From an uncultured delta proteobacterium (GTDB lineage: Bacteria > Desulfobacterota > Binatia > UBA9968), in the NCBI GenBank assembly GCA_963847445.1, contig CAWJZV010000004.1, forward strand, positions 160,001 through 224,000: a stretch of DNA of 64,000 nucleotides, written 5' to 3'. The translations under genes and the position numbers were made by a program. This document shows, one piece after another, positions 45,325 to 55,086 of this stretch (its first letter is position 1; the number at the start of each line of letters is the position of its first letter). Under the pieces are notes generated by a model, which saw only the letters and a list, made by a program, of their open reading frames with translations, did not search any database and was not told the DNA's origin.

Positions 45325-46053
45325 GTGATCGAATTTAGCAAGGTCAACAAATGGTTCGGCGCGCTCCATGTGCTGAGCGACATCGACCTCAGCATCGCTG
45401 CCGGGAACGTGGTGGTGGTCTGCGGCCCGAGCGGCAGCGGCAAAAGCACTCTGATCCGTTGCATCAATCGCCTCGAAACCATCCAATCCGGCGAGATCAT
45501 CGTCGACGGAATATCATTGTCGGACCCCAAGATCGACGCCGCCAAGCTGCGCGCCAACGTCGGCATGGTGTTCCAATCATTCAATCTCTATCCGCACATG
45601 ACGGTGTTGCAAAATATCACCCTGGCGCCGGTCAAAGTTAGAAACGTCGCCGCCGCCGATGCCGAAAAAACCGCCAATCAATTGCTGGAGCGCGTCGGCA
45701 TTCCCGACAAAGCCGATGTCTATCCGGCAAATCTTTCCGGTGGCCAGCAGCAGCGCGTCGCCATCGCCCGCGCGCTAGCGATGAAGCCCAAGGTCATGCT
45801 CTTCGACGAGCCGACCTCGGCCCTCGATCCCGAAATGATCAACGAAGTGCTGGAAGTCATGACCGACCTGGCCAAGGACGGCATGACCATGGTGGTGGTC
45901 ACTCACGAAATGGGCTTTGCCCGGCGCGTCGCCCATCGGGTCGTCTTCATGGATCAGGGTAAGATCGTCGAGACCGCCGAACCGGAAACCTTTTTCGCCG
46001 AGCCGCAATCGGTCCGAGCGCAACAGTTCTTAAGCAAAATACTTTCACACTGA
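45325..46053 (+). CDS. Polar amino acid ABC transporter ATPase
   Basis: [29 protein letters not shown]. Confidence 0.96.
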   Translation: MIEFSKVNKWFGALHVLSDIDLSIAAGNVVVVCGPSGSGKSTLIRCINRLETIQSGEIIVDGISLSDPKIDAAKLRANVGMVFQSFNLYPHMTVLQNITLAPVKVRNVAAADAEKTANQLLERVGIPDKADVYPANLSGGQQQRVAIARALAMKPKVMLFDEPTSALDPEMINEVLEVMTDLAKDGMTMVVVTHEMGFARRVAHRVVFMDQGKIVETAEPETFFAEPQSVRAQQFLSKILSH

Positions 46054-46064
46054 GGAGCAAATTT

Positions 46065-46922
46065 ATGAAACGATCGTTAGCAATCCTAGCCCTCGCATAC
46101 GTTCTCATAGCCCTGACTGACGCGGGCCACGCGCAAAACACCTTGGAGAAAATCGACAAGAGCGGCACACTGACCATCGGCACGCGCAACGGCTCACCGC
46201 CGTTCGCTTATATCAACAAAAACAATGACTGGGTTGGTTTTTCCATCGATCTCGTCGAGCATGCGATTCTACCGGCGTTGAACAAAAAGCTTAACAAACA
46301 AATCAAGCTGGAAAAAAAGGAGTCGGCGCCAGCGACGCGCATTCCCCTGCTCACCTCCAACGCCGTCGATCTGATCGCCGAGACCATGACCGACACCCAG
46401 TCGCGGCGCGACCAAGTCGACTTCAGTTTGACCTTCTTCGTCACCGGCGCGCAATTCCTCGTGCGCAAAGGCAGCCCGGTGAAGAACATCGAAAGCATCG
46501 CCGGCAAACGGATCGCCGCCCAGCAAGGCTCGACCAACGCCAAAATAATTCGCGAGCGCGTGCCCAGCGCCAAGCTGGTGGAATTCCCCGACCAGCCCGC
46601 CGCATTCCAAGCGCTGTCCCAGCGCCAAGTCGATGCCTACACCAACGACGGCATTCAGCTCGCCGGGTTGAAAGCCAAGGCGCCCAAACCAGATGACTGG
46701 GCGGTGGCCGGCGAGTTTTTTTCCTACGAGCCCTACGGCATGGCGATGCGCAAGAACGATTCGGACTTTCGCCAAGTCGTCAACGTCGGCCTAATGGATG
46801 CGATCGCTTCCGGCCGATACGCGGAAATTTACGAAAAATGGTTCGGCGCCAAAGGCGAAGTCCCCTACCCGCTGACGCCGGAAAACAAACGCTTCTTACA
46901 GCTTCAAGTCGTGCCCAAATAA
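46065..46922 (+). CDS. Polar amino acid ABC substrate-binding protein (GltI-like)
   Basis: Signal peptide, SPPF, GFSIDL, TRIPLL, EPYG. Confidence 0.93.
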   Translation: MKRSLAILALAYVLIALTDAGHAQNTLEKIDKSGTLTIGTRNGSPPFAYINKNNDWVGFSIDLVEHAILPALNKKLNKQIKLEKKESAPATRIPLLTSNAVDLIAETMTDTQSRRDQVDFSLTFFVTGAQFLVRKGSPVKNIESIAGKRIAAQQGSTNAKIIRERVPSAKLVEFPDQPAAFQALSQRQVDAYTNDGIQLAGLKAKAPKPDDWAVAGEFFSYEPYGMAMRKNDSDFRQVVNVGLMDAIASGRYAEIYEKWFGAKGEVPYPLTPENKRFLQLQVVPK

Positions 46923-46927
46923 AATAC

Positions 46928-47005
46928 CGGAGTGCTGGAGTACTGGAGTGCTGGTCTTAAAACCCAATACTCCATCACTCCATTACTGCAATTCTCCAGT
47001 TCTCC
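46928..47005. repeat. Nonamer hairpin (GGAGTGCT)n...(ACTCCA)n inside the operon
   Basis: ggagtgctggagtactggagtgctgg ... aatactccatcactccattactgc. Confidence 0.75.
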
Positions 47006-47012
47006 ATCCCCA

Positions 47013-47738
47013 ATGTCCTACAATTTCAACTGGAGCGTGCTGTGGACCGGCCAGTCGGGCAGCTGGCTGATTCAGGGCGTTCTCACCACACTGCATATTT
47101 TCGCTCTCGGACTGCTGATTGCACTCGCTCTCGGAATCGTTGCCGGCGCGTTACGGACCATGCCGTTTGCGCCGCTGCGCTGGCTCGCCAGCGGCTATGT
47201 CGAATTTTTTCGCAACGTGCCGCTATTGGTCTGGATGTTTTTCTGGTATTTCGGCGTGCCGCCTTTGTTGCCGCAGGCGATTCAGAACTGGCTCTTCGAT
47301 CACGGCGTGGAATTCTGGGCCGGAGTCTTCGCGATCGGTGTCTACCACGGCGCGCGCTTTTCTGAAGTCATCCGCGCCGGCATTCAATCGATTCCCAAGA
47401 CCCAGTTAGAAGCCGCCCTGTCCACCGGACTGACCATCGGTCAAGCCTATCGATTGATCATCGTGCCCATCGCCCTGCGCTTGATCATCCCGCCGGCAAC
47501 CAATGAAATTGTCAACCTGCTCAAGAACTCCTCGGTGGCATTGACCATCGGCGTCGCCGAGCTGACCTTTCAAACCCGCCAGATTGAAACCTACACAGCC
47601 AGGGCCTTCGAAGCGTTGGCCGCCGGCACGATCATATATTTAATCCTCTGTCTCGCCATCGCTTCGATCATGGCCGGCGTCGAGCGGCGCGTCGCTATCC
47701 CCGGCATGATCGCCCAAGGACAGACCGGAGCGTCCTAA
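47013..47738 (+). CDS. Polar amino acid ABC permease
   Basis: YVEFFRNVPLLV, EVIRAGIQSIP, NLLKNSS. Confidence 0.95.
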   Translation: MSYNFNWSVLWTGQSGSWLIQGVLTTLHIFALGLLIALALGIVAGALRTMPFAPLRWLASGYVEFFRNVPLLVWMFFWYFGVPPLLPQAIQNWLFDHGVEFWAGVFAIGVYHGARFSEVIRAGIQSIPKTQLEAALSTGLTIGQAYRLIIVPIALRLIIPPATNEIVNLLKNSSVALTIGVAELTFQTRQIETYTARAFEALAAGTIIYLILCLAIASIMAGVERRVAIPGMIAQGQTGAS

Positions 47739-47739
47739 A

Positions 47740-48414
47740 ATGGATTTCTCGGTCGTCACCGACAACTTCGTCTTTCTGATCGCCCAAGGATTTCTCGGTA
47801 TCGGCGCCTTCACCGGCGGGACGTTGCGGCTGGCCGTTCCGGCGATCGTCCTAGGTTTTATTCTCGGCACCCTGGTTGGCCTGGCGCGCCTGTCACAAAG
47901 CCGCTGGCTGCACTGGCCGGCGAAAGTTTATATCGAGTTCTTCCGCGGCGTGCCGCTGGTCATGGTGATCTTTTGGTTCTGGTTCATCGTCCCGACCTTG
48001 GCTGGGAAATCTCTGCCGGAGTACGCGGTGGCACTGACCGCCTTTGTGATTTTCGAAGCCGCCTACCTGGCGGAAATCGTCCGCGCCGGCATCCAATCGG
48101 TGCCACGCGGCCAAGTCGAAGCCGCCACCGCCACCGGCCTCTCGCAGCATCAACTGATGCGCCATGTCATCCTGCCTCAAGCCCTGCGCAACATGATCCC
48201 CGCCCTGGTGACCCAATTCATCGTTCTGTTGAAAGACACATCCCTGGCATCGATCATCGGCTATGTCGACCTCACCAAAGCCGCCCAGATCGTCAACAAT
48301 CGCGAGATCCGCCCCTTCGAACTCTATCTCTTCATCGCCATTGTCTATTGGCTATGCAGCTACGCCATGTCGCGCTACGCGCAACGCTTAGAATCGCGGC
48401 TGGCGTCGCACTAG
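47740..48414 (+). CDS. Polar amino acid ABC permease
   Basis: YIEFFRGVPL, EIVRAGIQSV, LLKDTSL. Confidence 0.95.
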   Translation: MDFSVVTDNFVFLIAQGFLGIGAFTGGTLRLAVPAIVLGFILGTLVGLARLSQSRWLHWPAKVYIEFFRGVPLVMVIFWFWFIVPTLAGKSLPEYAVALTAFVIFEAAYLAEIVRAGIQSVPRGQVEAATATGLSQHQLMRHVILPQALRNMIPALVTQFIVLLKDTSLASIIGYVDLTKAAQIVNNREIRPFELYLFIAIVYWLCSYAMSRYAQRLESRLASH

Positions 48415-48641
48415 AGCCTGCTAGGCATTCGCTCATCGTGCTTTCTCGTTATGGATCGCGACAAATGTTTTCAATGGTGATGATCACACGAATGCACTAC
48501 AATCATCGGTTGGCGCTTCGCTAACGGAGAGGGTCCACGGCTGATAGACTCGCCGGTCACGCCCCAATTGGCATCGCTTACATAGCCAGGCTGTAAACCG
48601 ATCATCGCTCCAACGGAATTATCGCGAGAGAGGGAAATGCA

Positions 48642-49599
48642 TTGAAAGCTATCAAATTAACGAGTGCTGCGGTATTTACCGCGTTCGCCTGTTTCGCCTA
48701 CATGTACCTAAACGATTTACCGAGACTCGCTCTCGTGTACCGGTGCTGGCGACAAGCGGTAAACATTTCAGCGTGCTATGGCGAGAAAAGTTTTGATTTC
48801 ACCGCTGATCTTAACGGCGTCCGTTACCAAGGAAACACCGGCAATCTTATCGACAAGAACATCTTTTATTATGGGGCTTTCGAAAAGCCGGTGTTATTTT
48901 TCCTGCGGGACATTATGACATCGGCGTATTCTGACCAAGGGGTCTTTCTCGATATCGGCGCCAACACCGGACAACATTCCCTCTTCATGTCCCGCCATGC
49001 TAAAGAAATCCACGCATTCGAGCCATGGGAGCCTGTGTTAAAAAGACTACGCCGGCACGTTGAAATCAATCGTCTCAAAAACGTCGTGATTCACCCGTTT
49101 GGACTAGGAGATAAAAACTCCAGGCAGCTGTTTTATCGTCCCCCGGACTCTAATCTAGGCACGGGCTCGTTCGTTAAAGAATTCGCCTCGACAAACTCAC
49201 CGGAAAGCATTTTAGAAATTCGCGTCGGCGACGAGGTGCTTGAAACGGCGGGCGTCACCTCGGTGGCCCTGATCAAGATGGACATCGAGGGTTACGAAAA
49301 ACTGGCTCTCAAGGGGCTAGAGCGCACCTCTGCGCAGACACCGACCGATTGTCGAATTTGAACTTTCCTCAGATCCTCAGAGTCCGGTTAGCGTTAAGAG
49401 CCCCGAAGAGCTTCGATCTCTGTTTCCGGAGAACTATGAATTCCTGACATTCGCTGCGCACAGCAACCCAACCACTGGAGTCTATGTTTTGGAGCCCATC
49501 GCCGGATTGCTAAGGTTTGATAAGTTCGAGCAGCATGACATCGTTGCCTACCCGATCGAAAAGAAAAACTTCATAGTGCGCCAGCGAACCACCCTCTAA
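48642..49599 (+). CDS. FkbM-family methyltransferase with N-terminal membrane anchor (one indel near 49335)
   Basis: FLDIGANTGQHS, AFEP, IKMDIEGYE; continues RHRPIVEFE...RTTL* in another frame. Confidence 0.85.
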
Positions 49600-49706
49600 C
49601 CCGTCTCATCGCCGAGGCCTACTAGGGCTAAAGACCGACCGCGCAACGAAGAATTAACTTGACGAATTCTCGCGCCTTGCAGTATGGCTCCGGAAGTTAA
49701 TAAGCC

Positions 49707-50658
49707 ATGCTCTTCCTCAAGAACACCCCCATCGATCGAGATTCTCTCGATGGCTGAAATGATCGACGTCATCGAGGACACCTTGAAAGAGGCCGCCTCT
49801 GGGCGCGGCTTTGAGCTGCCTAGGCGGCGCATTCACCATCCCAATCGGATGATTTTCGGCATCCTGCCCGGCTCGGTTCACGGCGCCATGGGCGCTTATA
49901 TCCAAACGGACTTAGACCGCAAGATTCACCACGAAAATGTCATGATCTTCAGCGCCGAGAGCGGCGCGCCGCTGATCCTGTTTCAGGACTGCTCGATCAA
50001 CGAATACCGTACCGGCGCTGCCGGCGGCCTCGGCGCGAAATATCTGGCGCGCGCTGACGCCACCCGGGTCGCGGTTTTGGGTAGCTCGGTGCATGCCGAG
50101 ACTCAACTCAAGGCCGTCGCCGCCGTCAGAAAATTGACGGAAGCCTGGGTTTTTAGCCCGACGTCCGAGCGGCGCGCGGCTTTTGCCGTCAAAATGGGCC
50201 GCGAATTAAAAATTCCACTCCACGTTGCCGAAAGCGCTGAAGAAGCGCTGGAAAGTGCCGATGTGCTGATTACAGCGACGAATTCACCGACGCCGGTCTT
50301 CGACGGCAGCAGTTTAAAGGAAGGCATGCATATTACCTCCATCGCCAACGGCGATAAGACGCGCAGGCGCCAGGAGCTCGATGACCGGGTCCTGTGCCGG
50401 GCCGAGACGATATTCGTGACCTCCAAGGAGACGGTCTGCGTCAACGAAAGCGATATTTTCCGCGCCGTGCGCGATCAAGTAATCGCTTGGGACAAAGTCC
50501 ACGAAATCTCGAGCCTGTTGCTCGGCCAAGTGGCGGGCCGTAGCGACGATCGGCAAATCACTCTATTCAAACTGCAGGGAACCGGCATCATGGACGTCGC
50601 CATCGGGCTCAAAGCCTACGAACGGGTCAAGCATAGCGGGCTAGCACAAGTACTTTGA
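49707..50658 (+). CDS. Ornithine cyclodeaminase/mu-crystallin family protein
   Basis: RTGAAGG, VAVLGS..HA, LITATNS, HITSI, ITLFK..G.GIMDVA. Confidence 0.88.
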
Positions 50659-50684
50659 CGACACGACAACGCTGAGGCAATCCA

Positions 50685-52097
50685 ATGGCACACTATGACA
50701 TGCTGGTGATCGGCTCCGGCCCGGCCGGCCAGAAGGCCGCGATCCAGGCCGCTAAAGTCGGCAAAAAAGTCGCCATCGTCGAACGCAAAAAAGTCGTCGG
50801 CGGCATCTGCATCAACTCCGGCACGATCCCGAGCAAATCGCTGCGCGAAGCGGTGCTGTTCCTTTCCGGATTCAGACAGCGCAACCTTTACGGCGCCAGC
50901 TACCGGGTCAAAAAAGATATCACTTTCGAGGACCTCGCCCAGCGCTGCGACCATGTCGTCAAAGCCGAGCAAGAAGTGATTCAAAGTCAACTGATCCGCA
51001 ACTCGGTGGATTTTATCGTCGGCGCCGCATCCTTCCTCGATCCGCACCGAATACAGATCAAACACGAATGCGAAACCAACGAACACACGGCGGACTACGT
51101 GGTCATCGGCGTCGGCACCGAGCCGGCGCGCCCCGCGGATATTCCCTTCGACGACGATTTGATCATCGACAGCGATGGCCTGTTATCGTTGAAACGGCTG
51201 CCGAAGTCCTTAACCATCGTCGGCGCCGGCGTTATCGGCTGCGAGTATGCCTGCATCCTGGCAACTCTGGGGATTCCCGTGGTGCTGGTCGAGAAACGGC
51301 CACGCCTGCTCGAATTCGTCGATAGCGAGATTATCGAATCGTTGCAATATCAGATGCGCAACATCGGCATCACACTGCGGCTCAATGAAGAAGTCATTGG
51401 CGTGAGCAAGGGGGCCGACAACGTCATCGTGCTGCAACTGAAGAGCGGCAAACAGATTCGCTCGCCCCTGCTGGTCTATTCAGCGGGCCGCATCGGCGCC
51501 ACCAAGAACCTCGGCCTGGAAAAGCTCGGCGTGGAAGCTGACGAGCGCGGCCGCTTGAAAGTCAACGAGAACTTTCAGACAACCCTGAGTCATATCTATG
51601 CGGTCGGCGACGTCGTTGGCTTTCCGGCCTTGGCGTCAACCTCGATGCAGCAAGGCCGCCACGCCGCCTGCCACGCTTTCAGCCTCGCCTGCGACACCTC
51701 GACCCACTTGCTGCCCTACGGCATCTACGCAATTCCAGAGATCTCCATGGTCGGCCGCAACGAAGAGGAACTCACCCGCGACGGCGTGCCCTATGAGATC
51801 GGCGTCGCCCGCTACCGCGAGATCGCCCGCGGCCAGATCATCGGCGACACCGTCGGCATGCTCAAGTTGCTGGTTCACACCGAGACCAGGGAACTATTGG
51901 GCGTCCATGTGATCGGCGAAGGCGCCACCGAGCTGATCCACATCGGCCAGGCCGTCATGGCCCTGGGCGGCAAACTCGAATATTTTGTCGACACGGTTTT
52001 CAACTATCCGACCTTGGCCGAGTGCTACAAGGTCGCCGCGCTGGCGGCGATGAATAAGCTCCCGGCCAACGGCGCATGCAGCGTGTTACCGCATTGA
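50685..52097 (+). CDS. sthA: Soluble pyridine nucleotide transhydrogenase
   Basis: GSGPAGQKAA, CINSGTIPSKSLREA (no redox Cys pair), GAGVIGCEYA, FNYPTLAE. Confidence 0.93.
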   Translation: MAHYDMLVIGSGPAGQKAAIQAAKVGKKVAIVERKKVVGGICINSGTIPSKSLREAVLFLSGFRQRNLYGASYRVKKDITFEDLAQRCDHVVKAEQEVIQSQLIRNSVDFIVGAASFLDPHRIQIKHECETNEHTADYVVIGVGTEPARPADIPFDDDLIIDSDGLLSLKRLPKSLTIVGAGVIGCEYACILATLGIPVVLVEKRPRLLEFVDSEIIESLQYQMRNIGITLRLNEEVIGVSKGADNVIVLQLKSGKQIRSPLLVYSAGRIGATKNLGLEKLGVEADERGRLKVNENFQTTLSHIYAVGDVVGFPALASTSMQQGRHAACHAFSLACDTSTHLLPYGIYAIPEISMVGRNEEELTRDGVPYEIGVARYREIARGQIIGDTVGMLKLLVHTETRELLGVHVIGEGATELIHIGQAVMALGGKLEYFVDTVFNYPTLAECYKVAALAAMNKLPANGACSVLPH

Positions 52098-52128
52098 GAC
52101 TGGCTCGCTGAGATTCAAAAGCCGGGCC

Positions 52129-52527
52129 TCAACCCATCGTCGATATTTTCTGCGGACGGATCTTATAAATCACCCGCACTTCCCCGGGAGCGCGAAACGG
52201 GTAGCTATCTTTGCCCAGGTAATGTTTGGCCAAGGCATCGATATGGGCGTCGGCGCCGCTTTCAGTGATCTCCTCGACTTCGCCTTGAATCGCCAGATAG
52301 CGATAGGCGTTGTCGGGATCTTGGATCGACAGAGCGACTTGCTTGTTGCGCCGCATGTTCTTGTCCTTGAGCCGGCCCTTCGCCGAGTTGACCCAGATAT
52401 GCGTGCCGTCGTAGCTGTACCACACCGGCGTTACCTGCGGGCTGCCGTCCGCCATCACGGTACCGAGGTGAGCGAAAGTGACTTTTGTAAACAAATCTTT
52501 AAAAGGTTCAGGGATCGTCGCGGCCAT
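52129..52527 (-). CDS. PPOX-class (split-barrel) putative F420-dependent oxidoreductase
   Basis: DGSPQVTPVW, NSAKGRLK.KN, DPDNAYRY. Confidence 0.88.
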   Translation of the reverse strand: MAATIPEPFKDLFTKVTFAHLGTVMADGSPQVTPVWYSYDGTHIWVNSAKGRLKDKNMRRNKQVALSIQDPDNAYRYLAIQGEVEEITESGADAHIDALAKHYLGKDSYPFRAPGEVRVIYKIRPQKISTMG

Positions 52528-52559
52528 GACCTACCTCCAGTTTCGGTTTATAAAGAAAT

Positions 52560-53207
52560 TCAGCAAAAATAATCGGACAAAGCAACGAGACTGTCGATGG
52601 TGAATTCTGGGCGCGCAGCGCGCAGCGCGTCTTGGTTGCCCAAGCCATAGGTCACGCCGCAGGTGATCACACCGGCGCGCTTGCCGGCTTCGATATCGGT
52701 ATCGCCGTCGCCGACAATCAACGCGTTGGCGGGCGCGATGTGAAACTGCTGCAAAACCGACTGCAACATCGCCGGATGAGGTTTTTTCTCGGCGACACTA
52801 TCGCCGCCCAGGATCGCATCGAACTCCGCCGCCACGCCTAACCCTTGCACCACGGCCACCGTGAGCCGGTGTATCTTGTTGCTCACCACGGCGCGCCGCT
52901 TGCCGCGAAAGTAACGTAAAACTTCCGCCACTCCGGGATAAAGCACGGTGCGATCGAGCAGGTGACTTTCATACCGTTCGAGAAACACCTGCATGATTGC
53001 GCGAAAGTTCGCCTCCCCAGCGTCGGGTAGGGAATGCTTGAGCAAATGCTCCACGCCGCGGCCGACGTTGGCGTACACCGCCGGCGCCGGCAACGGCGGC
53101 AGGTTAAAATGCCCGCGCGTAAAATTAACCGAGTCGGCCAGGTCATGGCCGGTATCGGCCAGGGTGCCGTCGAGGTCGAACATCACCAGATCAACGGATT
53201 TTTTCAT
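52560..53207 (-). CDS. HAD phosphatase (phosphoglycolate phosphatase-like)
   Basis: FDLDGTL, VSNK, KKPHP, VGDGDTDI. Confidence 0.9.
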   Translation of the reverse strand: MKKSVDLVMFDLDGTLADTGHDLADSVNFTRGHFNLPPLPAPAVYANVGRGVEHLLKHSLPDAGEANFRAIMQVFLERYESHLLDRTVLYPGVAEVLRYFRGKRRAVVSNKIHRLTVAVVQGLGVAAEFDAILGGDSVAEKKPHPAMLQSVLQQFHIAPANALIVGDGDTDIEAGKRAGVITCGVTYGLGNQDALRAARPEFTIDSLVALSDYFC

Positions 53208-53323
53208 CAGGGCCGATTGAAATTGAATCTGGCCGCGAAGTCAACGTGCCAGCCTTTGTTTCAACCTACCAGTTGTTGTACTGTTGTCAGGGGCGATCCC
53301 ACCATCGGTTTTGGAGGTCCGGA

Positions 53324-54322
53324 ATGAAACATGTTTCGCAAATTTTTGCCCTTTGGAGCGTCATCACCGTAATCCAATTTGCCGCGCAAACTAGCTTTGC
53401 TGCGGACAAGCTCAACACCGCATATATCTCGACCACGCCGGGAACATCGACGGTGATCCAGGTCGCCAAGGAAGCTCGCCTGTTCGACAAACATGGCATC
53501 GACGCCACCGTTATTTTCATTTCCGGCAGCGTGCGCGGCATCCAGTCAATTCTCGCAGGAGAAATTCCCATCGGCGAAGGCGGCGGCCCCGGTCTGGCCA
53601 GCGCGCGGCTCGCCGGCGGCGATGTCGTCGCCATCGCCGGCAACGTCAACGTGTTGCCCTATTATTTAGTTTCCCATCCGAGCATCAAACGGCATGAAGA
53701 TTTGAAAGGTAAGATCGGCGGCACTCATATCGCCGGCACCACCGCCGAGTTCGCCTTGAAAGTGGGGCTGAAACGCATCGGTCTCGACCCGCTCAAAGAT
53801 GTCAGCTTGCGCGTCATCGGCGGCGCCATCGAGCGCATGGTGGCGCTGCAAAAAGGCATCGTCCAGTTCACCGTGGTTACCGAAGCCGGCAAATCTCAGG
53901 CCGAGAGACTCGGCTATCCGACGGTGGTCGACATGGTCACCCTGCAAATCCCCTTTCCGCAGAACGGCATTTATACATCGACAAAGCTGATCCGCGAAAA
54001 CCCCGACCTGGTGCGCCGCTACATGCGCGCCTACGTCGAGGCGCTGCACTTCTATAAAACCCATAAGGAAGACACCTTGAAGTTCATGCGCAAATACTCT
54101 CGCATCGATGACCGCCGCATGCTCGATGAAGCGTGGGATTGGCACGCCAAGTTCATGCCCGAAGCGCCCTACCCGCCCGCCGACGGCTATCAACTGGTGC
54201 TGCAAGATTTAGCCGAGAAGAATCCCAAAGCCGCCCAGGCCAACGTGAAAGATTACATCGACACGCGCTTTGTGAAGGAACTGGAAGACTCGGGGTTTAT
54301 TAAAAGCCTTTATCGTCGATAA
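53324..54322 (+). CDS. NMT1/TauA-like substrate-binding protein (orphan)
   Basis: GGAGG RBS; LFDKHGID, DLKGK, IDTRFVKELEDSGFI. Confidence 0.9.
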   Translation: MKHVSQIFALWSVITVIQFAAQTSFAADKLNTAYISTTPGTSTVIQVAKEARLFDKHGIDATVIFISGSVRGIQSILAGEIPIGEGGGPGLASARLAGGDVVAIAGNVNVLPYYLVSHPSIKRHEDLKGKIGGTHIAGTTAEFALKVGLKRIGLDPLKDVSLRVIGGAIERMVALQKGIVQFTVVTEAGKSQAERLGYPTVVDMVTLQIPFPQNGIYTSTKLIRENPDLVRRYMRAYVEALHFYKTHKEDTLKFMRKYSRIDDRRMLDEAWDWHAKFMPEAPYPPADGYQLVLQDLAEKNPKAAQANVKDYIDTRFVKELEDSGFIKSLYRR

Positions 54323-54327
54323 AGGCT

Positions 54328-54432
54328 GGTTCAAATCGTTCAAGCAGTTCAAGTCGTTCAAAACGTCAGAAGTTCGGAGGCTTTCATCCGAGGCATTCTA
54401 CGGCTTGAACGATTTGAACGTTTTGAACGGTT
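54328..54432. repeat. Nonamer hairpin (GTTCAAnnc)n...(TTGAACGnt)n between convergent genes
   Basis: gttcaaatcgttcaagcagttcaagtcgttcaaaacg ... ttgaacgatttgaacgttttgaacgg. Confidence 0.8.
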
Positions 54433-54888
54433 CTACAATTTCGCTCGCGAAGCTTCGAGCACCTGATGCATCGGCTCGATATCGATGACTAATGCCGAGA
54501 GCTGTAATTTCTCGTCGCGCAGTGATTCCGGCACCTGACCCATCACGTCCGCTTCGAGCACATGATAAACGGGAATCTTGAGCGCCACGCCGGCCAGCGG
54601 CCCGGCGAAACTTGGATCGCCCTCGGTTACCGTCTCGGCGAATACTTCGACGCCGTTAGCCTCGCCGTTGCCCAACACCACGGTCAAATTTTCCGGACCA
54701 TACTGGTCCGCCAGGCGCTTGATGACTCCTTGGTTCTCGAAGTTCATCGCGCCCGCGGCGGTTCAAACAAAGCACTCAGTAGCCTGAAAAACCACCTCGT
54801 AGCCCGCGCCTTCGAGACACTCGGCGATGACCGGGCCGGTGACACCATCCCGTTCGCCGATGGCGATGATCTTTTTACCCTTTTGCAT
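54433..54888 (-). CDS. grdA: Glycine/sarcosine/betaine reductase selenoprotein A (Sec at in-frame UGA 54765-54763)
   Basis: GGAGGT RBS; [14 protein letters not shown]...[19 protein letters not shown]...[17 protein letters not shown]; both halves in one frame, 151 aa. Confidence 0.93.
54715..54752 (-). promoter_or_regulatory. Candidate bacterial SECIS hairpin
   Basis: Starts about 11 nt 3' of the UGA: GCGC-GATG-A-ACTTC-[GAGAACCAA]-GGAGT-CATC-AA-GCGC. Confidence 0.55.
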
Positions 54889-54919
54889 GCGACCTCCACT
54901 AGATACTACCGTTGAAGAA

Positions 54920-55073
54920 AAATTCGAAATCCGAAGCACTAAATCCGAAACAAATTCAATCACCAAAAACACAATGTTCCAAACAAATTCAATTCGGATT
55001 CAGCGTTTTGGATTTTCTTCGGTTTTGGGTTTATTTTGCTACGGTTTGTTTCGGATTTCGTGCTTCGGATTTT
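54920..55073. repeat. Heptamer hairpin (AAATCCG/AAGCACT)n between grdC and grdA
   Basis: aaattcgaaatccgaagcactaaatccgaaacaaa ... tttgtttcggatttcgtgcttcggatttt. Confidence 0.8.
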
Positions 55074-55086
55074 GTTTTTCCCCTGG

